NCBI GenBank assembly: GCA_004431415.1
Contig: QPMI01000129.1
Span: 62,001-126,000, forward strand
Direction of reading: 5' to 3'
Length of the DNA stretch: 64,000 bases
Source: Cyanophora paradoxa CCMP329
Taxonomy: Eukaryota > Plantae > Glaucophyta
The position numbers and the translations under genes are program-made. Each line of letters starts with the position of its first letter. The stretch's first letter is position 1. Below, piece by piece: positions 1-12,210 of this stretch. The notes beneath the pieces are model-generated. The model ran no database searches. It was not told where the DNA came from and worked only from the letters and a program-made list of their open reading frames with translations.

Positions 1-708
1 GCGCGGGGCCCCGCTGGCGGCGGCCGGCACCGCGCACCTGATCCCGGGGCGCCCGGCGGGCCCCGCCGGCTGGGTCGGGGGCGTCTACCGGGGGCCAACC
101 ACGCGAGCCCCGCCGCCGTCGCCGCCTTCCTGCGGCCGGGGCGCCCGCCGCGGCCGGCCTCGGCGGCCTCGCGGGCGCTGGCGGCGGCGGCCCTCGCGGC
201 GGCCCTCGCGCAGGAGGAGGCCGGCGGCGAGCTCGACGCCTCCTTCCTCTCCGCCCCCGCCACCGGCTCCCGCCCCGCCCGCCCCGCCCCTCCACCGCCC
301 CCGGCCCCGCCACGCCGCCCCCGACGGGTGCGCCCTCCCCGCCCCGCCCCGCCCCCGCGCCGCGCCTCCCGCGGGCGGCCGACGCGCGGGCGGGCGGCAG
401 GCTGCAGCAGAGCGCGTCGCTGGCGGGCCTCCGCAAGATCCCCCTCGTTCCCTCGCGCGCGGCACGCCCCACTCGCGCTCCGCCCCGACCCTCCCCGCCG
501 AGGGGGTCGCCCCCGACGCCCCGCCCACGCCGAGGCGCGGGCGCGGCCGCGCACGCCGCAGCTGCAGCGCGGGACGGGGCCGGCGGCCGTCGCCGGCGTC
601 CAGTACGCGCAGGCCGCGGCCGAGCAGCTCGGCCTCCAGGTCGGGGGCGCCACGCGGCACCCGCGCCCCTCCTCCGCCCCCGCCGTCCGCGCGGGCGCCT
701 TCGGCTAG
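1..708 (+). CDS. 3' end of an unidentified intron-containing gene
   Basis: GC-rich coding-like sequence ending ...AVRAGAFG-TAG at 706-708, followed by an AT-rich UTR-like tract. No recognisable domain. Confidence 0.4.
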   Translation, partial: ARGPAGGGRHRAPDPGAPGGPRRLGRGRLPGANHASPAAVAAFLRPGRPPRPASAASRALAAAALAAALAQEEAGGELDASFLSAPATGSRPARPAPPPPPAPPRRPRRVRPPRPAPPPRRASRGRPTRGRAAGCSRARRWRASARSPSFPRARHAPLALRPDPPRRGGRPRRPAHAEARARPRTPQLQRGTGPAAVAGVQYAQAAAEQLGLQVGGATRHPRPSSAPAVRAGAFG

Positions 709-1279
709 CCCCTAGGCCTGCCGCCCTTGCGCGCATGCGCACGTGCATCTAGATTTGTGTAATTTCAAATTTCTTTGTAACTTCTGCTTCAGGCTTGTTG
801 CTTCAATTGCAAGTAAATGATTGAAGCGCAACATGAAAAAGAAGGGATATACACGCAATAAGATTCCATACAATACAGAAAGCAAGATCCTGTTAACGTA
901 TCCTACTATACCGTAGATTCGATGCGGAAAAAGCTCTGGGGGCGCCGCCGGGGAGGGGCGGGGGCGCTCCGGGACGAAAGAGGGCGGGGGCGGGGGGGCC
1001 GGCGGGGACCTAGGGGGCGGGCCACGCCCCGCGCTCCGCGGCGGCGGGGCCTCACCGCCGGTTGCGGAAGGCGAGGGAGGCGAACGTGCGCGCCAGGCCC
1101 TCGTCCTCCTCGTCTTCCTCCGCCACCCCCGCCCCCGCCGCTCCGCCGGGGGCGCGGCCCCGCCCGGGCCCTGAGATCAGCGCCGCCGCCTCGCCGTCGC
1201 GCCCCGTCCCTGCCCCGCCCTCCGCCGGCGGGGCGACGTGGCGCCCTCCGGGAGGAGCGGCTGCCGCGGGAGGGCGAGG

Positions 1280-1530
1280 TCACCTCCTCGGGCCCGAGTC
1301 GGCGCCGGCGGGGGCCCGCCCCGCCGTCCGCTCGTGCGCGTGCTCCGACGAGCGCACGCGGCGGAGGGCCGGCGCGGCGCCGGCGCCGGCTGCGGCGGGG
1401 ACGTCGACGGCCGCCGCGTGGCTCGTGTCGGCATCGATGACGGCGATGGGCGGGCCGGCGGCGGCCTCCTCGCCGGCGGCGGCCCGCTCGAGGCCCGCAG
1501 CGAGGTCGGCCTGCACGGCCGGGGCCTCCG

Positions 1531-1562
<32 letters not shown>

Positions 1563-4500
1563 CGGAGGGTGCCCTCGGAGGAAGAGTGGACGGAGGACTC
1601 GCGGGAGGCGGGCGCGCTCGCCGCCGCCTTCGCCCGCACCGCCGCCACCAGCGACGGCAGCGCCCCGAATCCCGAGCTCCCCGAGCGCACCGGCATGCCC
1701 ACCGGCGGCGGGCTCGGCGCCGGCCCCAGACCCGCCAGCGGCGGCACGATGGGCCCGCTGCCCGAGTGGGGCGTCGAGGCGCCCGGGACGAGGCGCAGCG
1801 AGGCGGTGCGCGAGCGGGAGCCGGAGCGGTGCGGGAGGACTCGCGCGAGCGGTGGTGCCGCCTGTGCCCCTGCGAGGCCGCCCCGCCCGGCGTCCCCGCC
1901 CGACCGGCGTCGCCCCGCCCGCCACGAAGAACTGGGGCGGGCCCGTCGGCGAGAGCCGCCCGCTCCGCGAGCCGCCGGGCGCCGTCGCGCCCCGCTCGAC
2001 CGAGCGGGACGAGGAGCGGGACTGGCGGACGCCCGGCGAGATGGGCGCCGGGTCGAGGATGGGCACCGCGCCGCCCGGCCCGTCGGCGATGCCGGCGTGC
2101 TGCATCAGCAGCGCCAGCTTCCGGTGCACCTCGACGAGCTGCGCCGCGATCTCCGCCCGCTCCCGCCGGCCCGTCCCGCCCCGCCGCCGCTCCCGCTCGA
2201 AGCTCCGCTGCGAGGGCGCCGTCCCGTCCGCTCCGACCCCGACGCCGCCGCCGATGACGCCGCCGCCGGCGCTGCGGGGCGTACGGACGCTGCGGACGCT
2301 GCTGGCGACCTCCTCCTCCTCGCTCGTGCTGCTGTAGTCCTCGTCCTCGAAGATGGCGCCCCACTCGTCCGCCGAGCCCGCCCCGCCCCCGCCCCGCCCC
2401 CGCCCCGCCCCCGCCGCCGCCGCCGGGGCGGTGGCGCCCCTGGCCGAGGCCGGCGTGGCGGTGCCGCTGCCGCCCTCGCTCTTGCCTTTGCCCTCCAGGT
2501 CGTGGTACTTGGAGGCCTTGGCGACCGACGCCGGGGCGCCCTGCCCCGGCACCCCGCCGGCCGCCGCCTCGGGGGCCTGCGGCTCGGGGGCCTCCTTGCC
2601 GTCGGCCTTGTCGTCGTCGTCGTCGTCGTCGTCCTTGGTCTCGACGGGGAAGGAGAAGTCGGGCTTGGTGCGGAGGAAGGCGGCGACGCGGTTGCGCTGC
2701 CCCGTGGCGATGTAGAAGAGGGCGAGGGCGGCGGTGAAGGGGAGGAGGGCGAGGAGCATGAGGGCGGAGATGAGGCCGACGACGAAGCGCATGGGGAGGA
2801 AGATGAGGGTGAAGCGGATGGCGTTGAGGGGCGGCGGGACGACGAGGCTGTCCTCGATCTTCTCGAGCACCGTCTCCGCCAGCCCGTACTTGTACTCGCT
2901 GTCAGACACCTCCTTCACCGCCGCGTACCTGCCCGCGCCCCCCCGCCTCGTCGGCGCCCGGCCTCGCCCCGCGCTGCGCTGCGCGGCCCGGGGCGGCGCA
3001 CGTGTTGGTGAGTATCGCGATGAGGAGGTTGAGGAGGAGGACGGAGCCCATCATCTGCGGGGCGGGCCGGCTCAGATGGGAGCGGGCGGGGCGGGGCGGG
3101 GCGGGGCGGGGCGGACGAGGAAGATCTCGAGGAGGACGCGGCCGAAGACGGAGTAGGCGGCGATGTTGTCCTCGAAGCCGAAGCTGGTGCCGAGGAGGGA
3201 GCCGAAGAGGTTGAGGACGGTGTGCGGGTAGTCCTCCGTGTACTTGCTGTCCTCCCGCAGCAGCGTGTAGAACGTCTGCCCGAACCCCAGCAGGATCACC
3301 CCCAGGATCGTCATGAAGTTGAAGATGTTCCGGATCATGTTCCCGATCATCGACAGCAGCGGGCCCAGCGTCGAGTCCAGCAGGCACAGCTGCAGCAGCC
3401 GCATCCACAGGAAGATCGAGTCTGCGCCCCGCGCCCCGCCGGCGTCGGCCCCTCTCTCCCACGGGGGAGCGGGGGCGGGGGCGGGGGGCGGGCCCCGCGG
3501 GGCGCACTGTAGGCCATGAAGCGCATGACCTGGCGGGCCCACTCGACGCGGTGCGCGACGTCGAAGAACCCCACCACACGGAACACGAAGCACGTCACGA
3601 AGATCTGCGCCCCCGCGGCCCCCGGCCGCCCCCGGCGTCAGCGCACGACGAGGAGGGGCGGGGGCCTGCCGAGCTCCGCCCCCGCCGGCGGCGGAGAGAC
3701 GTGCCCCCCGCCCCCGCCGGCCCAGCACCGCCCCGCGCGCGTGCGCACCGCGTACATGGTCGAGTCCATCTTGTTCCACGTCTGTGAGAAGTAGCCGCGG
3801 AAGCCTGCGGGGCGCTCGCTAGCTCGGCGCGCCGCCCGGCAAGGGGATGGCGGCGGGGCTGGGGCGGCGCACCGGCCTCGCGGAACTGCTTGACCTCGTG
3901 CATGATGAAGCCGAGGACGCAGTAGTACATGGCCCACTCGACGGCGGTGGGGGCTAGGGAGAGGGGCCCCGCGTTGACGACCCACGTGAAGAGCCCGAGG
4001 AAGAGGATGTAGAGGATGGTGGAGAGCGCGAACTTGCCCCGCGCCGTCGCGAAGAAGCAGGCCGGGTCCTGCCAGTAGCTGAAGGGCCGCGACCAGGGCC
4101 GGAACAGAATGGACTACCCCCCCCCCCCCCAAAAAAAGGTCAGGAACTGAAGTCCCGTACCCCCCGATGGACTGCGAAGCGATCAGCAACCGGAGTCGCG
4201 TACCATGGCGAGCGTCTCGAAGACGCCGGCCTCGCCGATCCAGAGCATGCGAACGATGTGCTGCACCACGTCGTCCGCCATAAAGTCCACGACTGGAGGG
4301 CGCCCGCCCCGCCGCCTCAGCGCGGCGCTCCCGCCGGGCGAGGGGCGCGCCGGGGCGGGGCGGGGCGGGGCGGGGCGCACAGCGCGACTCGGCGGCGATC
4401 ATCATGCAGGAGCGGCCGCCCACGAGCGTGTTGAAGAGCAGCTGCTGTGTCTGTCCCCCGCGCGCGCCCCGCGTCGGGCCGCGGCGGGCCGGGCGGGCAC

Positions 4501-6238
4501 GGCGCAGCACGGCGGCACGCGGCGGACCTTCTGGTCCTTCATGCGGGTGTAGTAGCGGCCGAGAATCTGGCGCGAGTACGAGATGCAGTCCTTCGCGAGC
4601 GCCTCGAAGACCTGCGCCGGCGCTCGCTCGGGGGCGCTGGCAGGGGGCCGGGGGGGCCGGGGGGCACGCCACGCACGCGGGCACGCTCGGCCTGCGCCTG
4701 CTCGCTCAGGTCCTTGAACCGCTCCGCCAGCATGAGGCACGCGTGCACCGGCTGCGCGCCCCCGGCCCCGTCGGCACCCGCCGGCGCCCCGCCCCGCGCT
4801 CCCCGGCGCGGGGCGCACCTTGGAGCTCTTCCGGACGAGCTCCATCCAGGGGCACTTCTCGTTCAGCTTTATGTAGTTACCGAGGACCTGCGGCGGGCGG
4901 TTGGGGGGCGGCCGCGCGCCGGCTGCGGGGCGGGGCTGGGCGGGGCGGCGGGCCTCGGGGACGCAGCCGTCCGCGGTGATGTCCTCCCGGTCCTCCAGCA
5001 GGCGGAACATCTCCATGTCCTCCCGCCGCGCCGCGTAGTCCAGCGCCGTCTCCCCTGCCGCCCCGCCCAGCCCGTCACCCCGGCGAAAAAGGAAGAGGAA
5101 GGACGGGGGCGCGGGATAGGCCGACCCTTGTTGTTGCGTGCGGTCTTAGAGGCGTTCGCTTCCAGCAGCAGCCTGCAGCGGCGCGCAGGTTCCGGTCAGC
5201 GAGGCGGGAGGAGAGAGCGCCCGCGCTGGCTCCGCACCGCGCCACCTCCGTCGCGCCGTTGTCCACGGCAATCATCAGAGCTGTCTCTCCGTTGAAGTTC
5301 ACGATGTTCAAGTTCGCGTTCGCTTCAATGAGCTGGTGCGGGCGTCAGGCTCATGGCGGAAGCAGGGCGGATGCACGTGGCCCAACCAGCTTCGTGATAT
5401 CAGCGTCGCTCCGTCCGGCCGCGATCATTAGAGCGGTTTCCCCCGTTTCCTTCACTTTAGCCGCGTCGATCGCGGCCTGCCGCGAAGCGCAAGCTGTCAG
5501 GAGCTGGACCGAACCAAGATACTCGATAAAGGCTGCTAGGAGCGCTCGACTAGACGAGAAGCAGACCTTTTCGAAAGATGCCAGGGCAAAGTGCATCATC
5601 TGCACGTCGCCAGAGCGCGCTGCCTTCAACACCTCAGGCTCGTCGTTCGCCGCGCCCATGATTCGAGAAATGCCAATGCTGCAAAGACAGACCGTCAGCG
5701 ACGTGTTTGCGGGATGAGATCTCTAGCAGAGCGGTCTTTTGGCGGAAGCGCGACACGCGTCGCAGCGGGGCGGTACGTGACAGATAGTCACGACAGCGAG
5801 TCGCGCGTCGCGGCAGGCCGCTCTACGTGACATCTAGCCGCGCGTCCGCTCTAGCGCCGTCTAAGCACGCGGGGCGGTCGATTACCTCCGCTGGAACGCG
5901 CCGACCTTGGACCAGCCTGCGAGTAAAAGAAACGTTAGCGGTGGGTGTACGAAACGGAAGTCTCCAGCAGCCCTCGACAACCCCGCCCAGAAAACCGCGC
6001 GGCGACGCGGACCTCTCGTAAGAGAAGACGTAGCAGCTTCGGCCGCTTTCTTCTTCTGCGCTGCGACAGCCCAGGTGTGAAGAGTGTGCTCCTCCACTTC
6101 AACCGTCTGCTCCGGCGTGAGCCTGCCAGACGCGCGGCGCTCCAGGCTTTGTCGGGGGCGCGTTCCATGTTGTCCGTGGTCGTCTGCGTGGCCCGCGTGG
6201 CCCGCGTGGCCCGGTTGGGCTGCGGGAGGGTCCGGCAT
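1280..6238 (-). CDS. Ankyrin-repeat TRP-family cation channel (multi-exon)
   Basis: Spliced exons give ankyrin repeats (GETALMIAA, GETALMIAV, GETALDYAA). The channel region includes TWNKMD, LGPLLSMIGNMIRNIFNFM, S6 LLLNLLIAILTNT and post-TRP-box VPPPLNAI. The low-complexity tail changes frame near 1750-1850 (likely sequencing indel). Start is tentative. Confidence 0.85.
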
Positions 6239-6808
6239 GTGCAACGGCTGTTGCGAACGAAGTGCACCCAGTACCCGGGTCACTGTCCATCAAATTAAAT
6301 TCGAATCCAGCGCGCGCGCGCGGCGCGGCCAGCATGCGTACGCGTTGCTTGTTAGCCCTAGCCTTCTATAGCTAGAAGTCACCGCAGCCACCGCGCTGGC
6401 CGGTATTTTGGCCTCGCGATCGCGAGCGAGCCGCTGCAGCTGATCGATATCGATATCCAACCGTTGAACGTGCAACGGTGCAGGCAAGCACGTGCACTTT
6501 GATTTGACGGTGATTAAATTATAATTACCAACTTGCCCACTGGGCCACACGGGAGACGTGCTCAGCGGCTATGCTAGTACTACGGTATTGAGGCCTGAGG
6601 AAGCGTTGCGGCGGCAGGCCCCCGAGGGCCCAGCCTAGTCATAGACAGCCTGAGGGCCTAGTCATAAATATCATAGTATCCTTATTAGTTACTACGTTAG
6701 AATTTCGAGGGGCTGCCCTCTCTGTACACCGGCAGGGGACGCCCGGCCGGCCGGCCGACGGCGACCGGTGGCCTTGGGGACCCGGCCGTGGGCCCTCCCG
6801 CGGGCCGC

Positions 6809-8480
6809 CTAGAGGAGGTGGCTGTGCTCGAAGACGGCGGGGGCGCCCTCCGCCGCCGCCTCCGCGCCGGCGCCGGCGCCGTCGAAGGCGTCGGCCATGG
6901 CCCCGGCGTCGCCCTGCGCCCCGGACCCCGCACTTCAGGCCTGGGGCCGGGGCCGGGGCGGGTCGGGGCGGGGCGGGGACGGGGCGGACCTCGGCGAACT
7001 CGGCGGCGTCGTCGGCGGCGTCGGCGGCGGCGGCGGCCTCGTCGGAGGCGTAGGGCTTGAGCAGGTCCTCGTCGGCCTGCGCGGCCTGCTGGTCCTCGTC
7101 GGCGTCCGCCACCTTGTCCCCCTCCTCGGCCGCCACCTTCTGGCCCTCCTCGTCCTGCTCCCGCCAGCGGTTCTGCTGGCCCCGGCCGTTCTGCTGGTGG
7201 TTCGCCTGCCGGAGCTGCTGCTGCTGACGGTGCGCGATGCGCCCGAATTGGAACCCCGTTTTGGCAGTTGTCGCAACGTTCCGGCCGAACTGCGCCGCGC
7301 CAGCGACTTTGTTGTTCCAGAAGTTGATTCCGTCAGCGACTCTGGCGGCGCCGCTGCCGAGACCGCAAATCAGCGCGAGCCGCCACGCAGCGCCGCGAGA
7401 ACACTGGGGGCTGCAGGCACCCGCCGAGCGCCACGCCGCCATGAAAGGCTCCCGTCTTGATCGCGCCGGCGGCCCCGGTGGCGGCCTGGCCGGCGACCGC
7501 CTTGAACTGCGTCGCCGTCTTCGTCAGCGGCAGAGCTCCGAGGGCTCGGCCCAGCGGGCGGCACGAATGGCAAAGCCTCGCACCTGACTCATTCCCTGCT
7601 GCGCGGCTTGTCCGACCCGGCCCATCAACCTGGTCGAGCCTGCAGTGAGCAGCGGGCTGTGGGGTTGCGCGTGCGCGTGTACGGCGCGGCGATCGGGGCG
7701 CACGACCGGCCACTGCCACCGAAGCCGCCGGATCCACCGCTGCCGCTGAAGCCACCGGAGCCACCGCTGCCGCCGAAGCCACCGGAGCCACCGGAGCCAC
7801 CGCTGCCGCCGAAGCCACCGCTGCCGCCGAAGCCACCGGAGCCACCGGAGCCACCGGAGCCACCGCTGCCGCCGAAGCCACCGCTGCCGCCGAAGCTATC
7901 GCTGCCGCCGAAGCCCGACTGGGCAGGCTGGCCCCACGAAGATGCCGAGCCGTAGCTCGGCTGGGGAGCAGGCTGACCCCAGGAAGATGCCGAACCCGAG
8001 CCCGTCGGCGCGCCCCAGCCCGCTTGGGAACCTGATTCAAATCAACGACAAAGTGAATTCGCCGTGCCACGCACATCGCGCTCAAGGCCGGACTAGGTCG
8101 CACCGTTCCAGGCCATCTTGCTGCGGACTTGTGAACCTGCCATGCGTACGGTGTCAGAAGAGCGCCGGAGTCGGAGCCGACGGCGAAATGGTGCCACGGT
8201 GGCAAGTGCGATCGAGGCCGCTGCCGACGAGCGGAGGGCGGAACGCATTCAACATGGATCAGATTAAAGGAGACAACGTTTAGGAGCGCAGCGTCCGGCC
8301 ACTCGGAGGCCATCCGACGGTCCCCGGCGGGGGCGAGGGCAGAGACCGCTAGGCAGGGGGCAGAGGGCGGACTTTTGCTAAGCTTTCTATGTGTTCGACG
8401 AAGGCGACGATGGTAGTGGCAGAGAACGCACGACGAAGGCGAAGAACGTTAACGCGCTGCGGCGGCTGATGAACGAGAGG
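6809..8480 (-). CDS. Orphan protein with WG motifs, FGG/SGG repeats, Q-rich segment and acidic Ala-rich tail
   Basis: A frame absent from the ORF track reads SQAGWGAPTGSGSASSWGQPAPQPSYGSASSWGQPAQSGFGGSDSFGGSGGFGG. Later exons read GSTRLMGRVGQAAQQGMSQ, FKAVAGQAATGAAGAIK and EDLLKPYASDEAAAA, ending AVFEHSHLL*. 5' end uncertain. Confidence 0.55.
7715..7912 (-). repeat. 9-nt-unit coding minisatellite encoding (F/S)GG
   Basis: Mixed tandem GCCACCGGA / GCCACCGCT / GCCGCCGAA units on the + strand. Confidence 0.9.
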
Positions 8481-8993
8481 CTGGGGGGTACGGGACTTCA
8501 CTCCCGTGATGCAAAGCGCGCTAGCTAGCGCTCTAAATCTCCATATGCATGCGCATGCGTATACGTATATAATTAGAGCGTAGAACTTAGCACGAGCTGC
8601 GCGCGGCCGCCCGGCCCGATCACGAGGCCCGGCCTCGCGCGCGCATATGCATGCGCACATGCACTGCGGCATATGCATATGTACACCCGCCTCGGCGCGG
8701 CCGCGGGCTTGCTGCAGCTGCAACGTTAACGCTAGCGGCCGTACGCATGCCGGCCCACGGCGGCGCACGTGCGTGCACGCGTACGTGCGGCCGCGCCGCT
8801 GGCGCCGGCGCCGAGCGCAAGCTCAAGAAACGAAGGGTCACACTTCAAAGCTCAAGCTTACTATTGAATTACGCCTACACACTGGTCATACCACACGCAT
8901 GCGAACGCCAGCGGTGCCGATATCGATGACGGTGGCACGGCTGGATTGGATCGGGCTCCGGGAGCTCCGATGCTCGGGTGGGAAGCTAGACTC

Positions 8994-11900
8994 CTACACG
9001 TGCCAGCCGAAGCTCGAGGCCGCGCCGTGAGTGCAGCCGTCGGCACGGGCGAGGTCTCCCGAGAGGTGGAAGTCGGACCCGTGGACCGCCTCCCCGCCCT
9101 CCAGCTCCAGCGCCAGCCATCCCTGCGGGCCAGGCGCGCATCCATGAGGCGTGAACGGAGAGGCCGCAGAATCGCAGTGGCCGCGGTGCGTGCACGAGCC
9201 CTCGAAGGCCGCACCTCGGCCCCGCCGGCCTCCCCCGCGTCGGCGGCGGCCTCCCAAGGATTGGCGGCGGCCTCCTCCTCGGCCCCGTACGCCTTCAGAA
9301 GAGGCTCCTCCTGACGCCAGGTTATCGTCAGCCAAGTGGGCGGAGAAGGGAAGTTTTAGAGGAGAAGGGCGACTCGGGCCCGGGGGTACCGGTGCAGCCT
9401 GCGGGCCGTCGTCGAGATGCAGGCCGCGCGCCGCGACTTCCTGCTTGATTTCCTGGGGTACGCGTTCACTCTAGACAGGGCCGGAGGTTAAGGCGTCATT
9501 AAAGGGCCGTGCGCACGTGCAGGACGTCGCCAATACGATGTGTACCCCGGAACACGTCCTGCAGAGGGAAGGGGGGGAGGGCTCGGGGTACAGAGGGTCC
9601 AAGATGGAGCCGGCGCCGTACCCTGGCGGACTTGAGGACGGCCCGCTGGGCGGCCGCGACGGCGCGCGCCTGCCCCTCCATTGAGCGCAGGTACTGGCCT
9701 CGCTGCCGGTCAGAGGGGTAGAGGAATGTTGCTTTGTTGGGGAGTACATGAGGCGCACGTATTCGAGGGCCTCCAGTTTTTGAAGGAGGGATATCGCTGC
9801 GGTCTGCGTCAGCACTGACCCGGCGAAGTGAGGCGGGGAGGGGCGCCGCAAGGGAGCGAACCCGGGGTGGACTTGTCCACAGCCGTGAGGGTCTCGGGCG
9901 GGGCTGTGCACAGCTCAGGAACATAGGGATTGCGGGGTGAGATGGGGCGCACCCTTCAGAACAATTGGCTTGGTTTCGGGGGCGTTGACGGCGGGCTTTG
10001 CGGGGGCGGGGGCGGGGGCGGAGGGTGCTGGGCCAGGCGCGGGGGCCGCTGCGCACGGGGTTAGAGACCGCGAGCTCGAGTGGGGCGCCGGCGCATACCC
10101 GAGCAGCCGGGCGCAGAAGGGGTCGGAGGGGGTACAGCCGCCTTCGAGCCGGAGGGCGCCGCTGGGTACACGAGGCGGTTAGCAAAGAAGGAAGCGCCAG
10201 CTGGGGCGCAGGGACGGCGGGAGGGGGACCAGAGGAGGGCGCCGGGGTAGACACGAGGACGTCCACCCGCACGCTCCCTGCGCCACCTCAGGCCTCCGGC
10301 GCGGACGGGTGGGGCGAGGCTAGGCTGGGCGGGGATACGGCGGACCGTGGGGTGCAGCGATAACGGTCTTGCCGCTGTCCGTCGCCGGGGCGGCAGGCGC
10401 GGCCACCTTGCCGCTGTCCGTCGCCGGGGCAGCGGGCGCGGCCGCCTTGCCGCTATCCGTCGCCGGGGCGGCGGGCGCGGCCGCCTTGCCGCTGTCCGTC
10501 GCCGGGGCGGCGGGCGCGGCCGCCTTGCCGCTGTCCGTCGCCGGGGCAGCGGGCGCGGCCGCCTTGCCGCTGTCCGTCGCCGGGGCGGCGGGCGCGGCCG
10601 CCTTGCCGCTGTCCGTCGCCGGGGCGGCGGGCGCGGCCGCCTTGCCGCTATCCGTCGCCGGGGCGGAAGGCGCGGCCGCCTTGCCGCTGTCCGTCGCCGG
10701 GGCGGCGGGCGCGGCCGCCTTGCCGCTGTCCGTCGCCGGGGCGGCGGGCGTGGCCGCCTTGCCGCTGTCCGTCGCCGGGGCAGCGGGCGCGGCCGCCTTG
10801 CCGCTATCCGTCGCCGGGGCGGCAGGCGCGGCCGCCTTGCCGCTGTCCGTCGCCGGGGCGGCGGGCGCGGCCGCCTTGCCGCTGTCCGTCGCCGGGGCGG
10901 CGGGCGCGGCCGCCTTGCCGCTGTCCGTCGCCGGGCAGCGGGCGCGGCCGCCTTGCCGCTATCCGTCGCCGGGGCGGAAGGCGCGGCCGCCTTGCCGCTG
11001 TCCGTCGCCGGGGCGGCGGGCGCGGCCGCCTTGCCGCTATCCAACGCAGGCGCGACCGCCTTGCCGCTCTCGGGGCGGAGGGGCGGCTGGGGCGGCGGGC
11101 GCGGCCGCCTTGCCGCTGTCCGTCGCCGGGGCAGCGGGCGCGGCCGCCTTGCCGCTATCCGTCGCCGGGGCGGAAGGCGCGGCCGCCTTGCCGCTGTCCG
11201 TCGCCGGGGCGGCGGGCGCGGCCGCCTTGCCGCTATCCAACGCAGGCGCGACCGCCTTGCCGCTCTCGGGGGCGGAGGGGCGGCTGGGGCGGCGGGCGCA
11301 GTGGGGGCGGCTGGGGCGGCGGGCGCAGTGGGGGCGGCGGGCGCGGCGGGCGCGGCCGCCTTGCCACTATCCAATGTCGGGGCGGTCGCCTTGCCACTTT
11401 CCACGGATGGAATGACGGGAGCGTTAGGCGCTAGGGTCGCCGGCTTTGCGGCGCTTGCCGGTGCCGCCGGCGGAGCGGGCGCCGCAGCTGCCCCCGAGGT
11501 TGCGGACGTGCTGCTGGCGGGTGCTGGGTTTGCTGCATCTGGAGAGGACGTATTAGAAACCGCCGTAGCGCCGCTGGGACCAGCGTTTGCTGCGGCGCCC
11601 TGAGTCGCAGCACCGGCAGAGCCCACCGCTGCGGACGATGCAGCGGGGGGCTTCGATGTCGATGCCTGTGGTTAAACTCAAGGTAAGCAGCGCGTGCCGA
11701 TGTCTGGCGGGATGGAGCACCGAGGCGCCGGGCGGGCTCAACGCATCGTCATCGCTCAAGCTGGCGGGCTGCGGGGAGCCGTCAGAAGCACCCCTTGGTG
11801 TTTGAAATAGCACAAAGCGCGCCTTCTGTGCTCCATTCATCGAGTCGACGACGTCGCTGATGAAGAGGCGGCGTTCGCTGTACCCCGCCGCGGCCGCCGG

Positions 11901-11994
11901 CCCGGCGCCGGGCCGGTGCCGGCCGGCCCGCGCTTCGACAAATCGGCGCGCTAAGGCGCTGCCGCAGTGCGGCCTTTGCGATCTTAGAGGACAC
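8994..11994 (-). CDS. Orphan Ala/Pro-rich protein with 13-aa tandem repeats
   Basis: Exons flank the 39-bp array (ATDSGKAAAPAAP)n. Downstream exons include EEPLLKAYGAEEEAAANPWEAAAD and GWLALELEGGEAVHGSDFHLSG...FGWHV*. Start uncertain. Confidence 0.5.
10369..11300 (-). repeat. 39-bp coding tandem repeat, about 22 units
   Basis: The + strand unit TTGCCGCTGTCCGTCGCCGGGGCGGCGGGCGCGGCCGCC recurs every 39 nt from 10369. A variant block at ~11031 is duplicated at ~11227. Confidence 0.95.
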
Positions 11995-12210
11995 CGAGAA
12001 GGCCCAAGCTTAAGGATCCCGACGGCCTGCGCGCGCGCGCCACGCGCGCCGTGCACCGAGCTCTAGCACGCGTACGGTATAAGTACCAGCGCGCGCACGG
12101 GTATATGTGCACGTGCACTCCATGAACGTGCACGGCGGCGGAACAGACGGTACCAGTGCACCGGTGCCGCGGAGCGGTGCGCGGGGCCTCTACAGCTGCA
12201 GCTCGAGGGC

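Noticed and set aside
10925-11085. Frameshifts in the repeat gene (also the TRP tail, OSCA and TreZ linker) as pseudogenisation or programmed frameshifting
   Set aside because: Those I could localise are single-base losses in G/C runs relative to sibling repeat units, typical of long-read assembly error.
10369-11300. 39-bp array as a CRISPR array
   Set aside because: Units are contiguous with no unique spacers, their length is a multiple of 3, they lie in a coding exon, and there are no cas genes.
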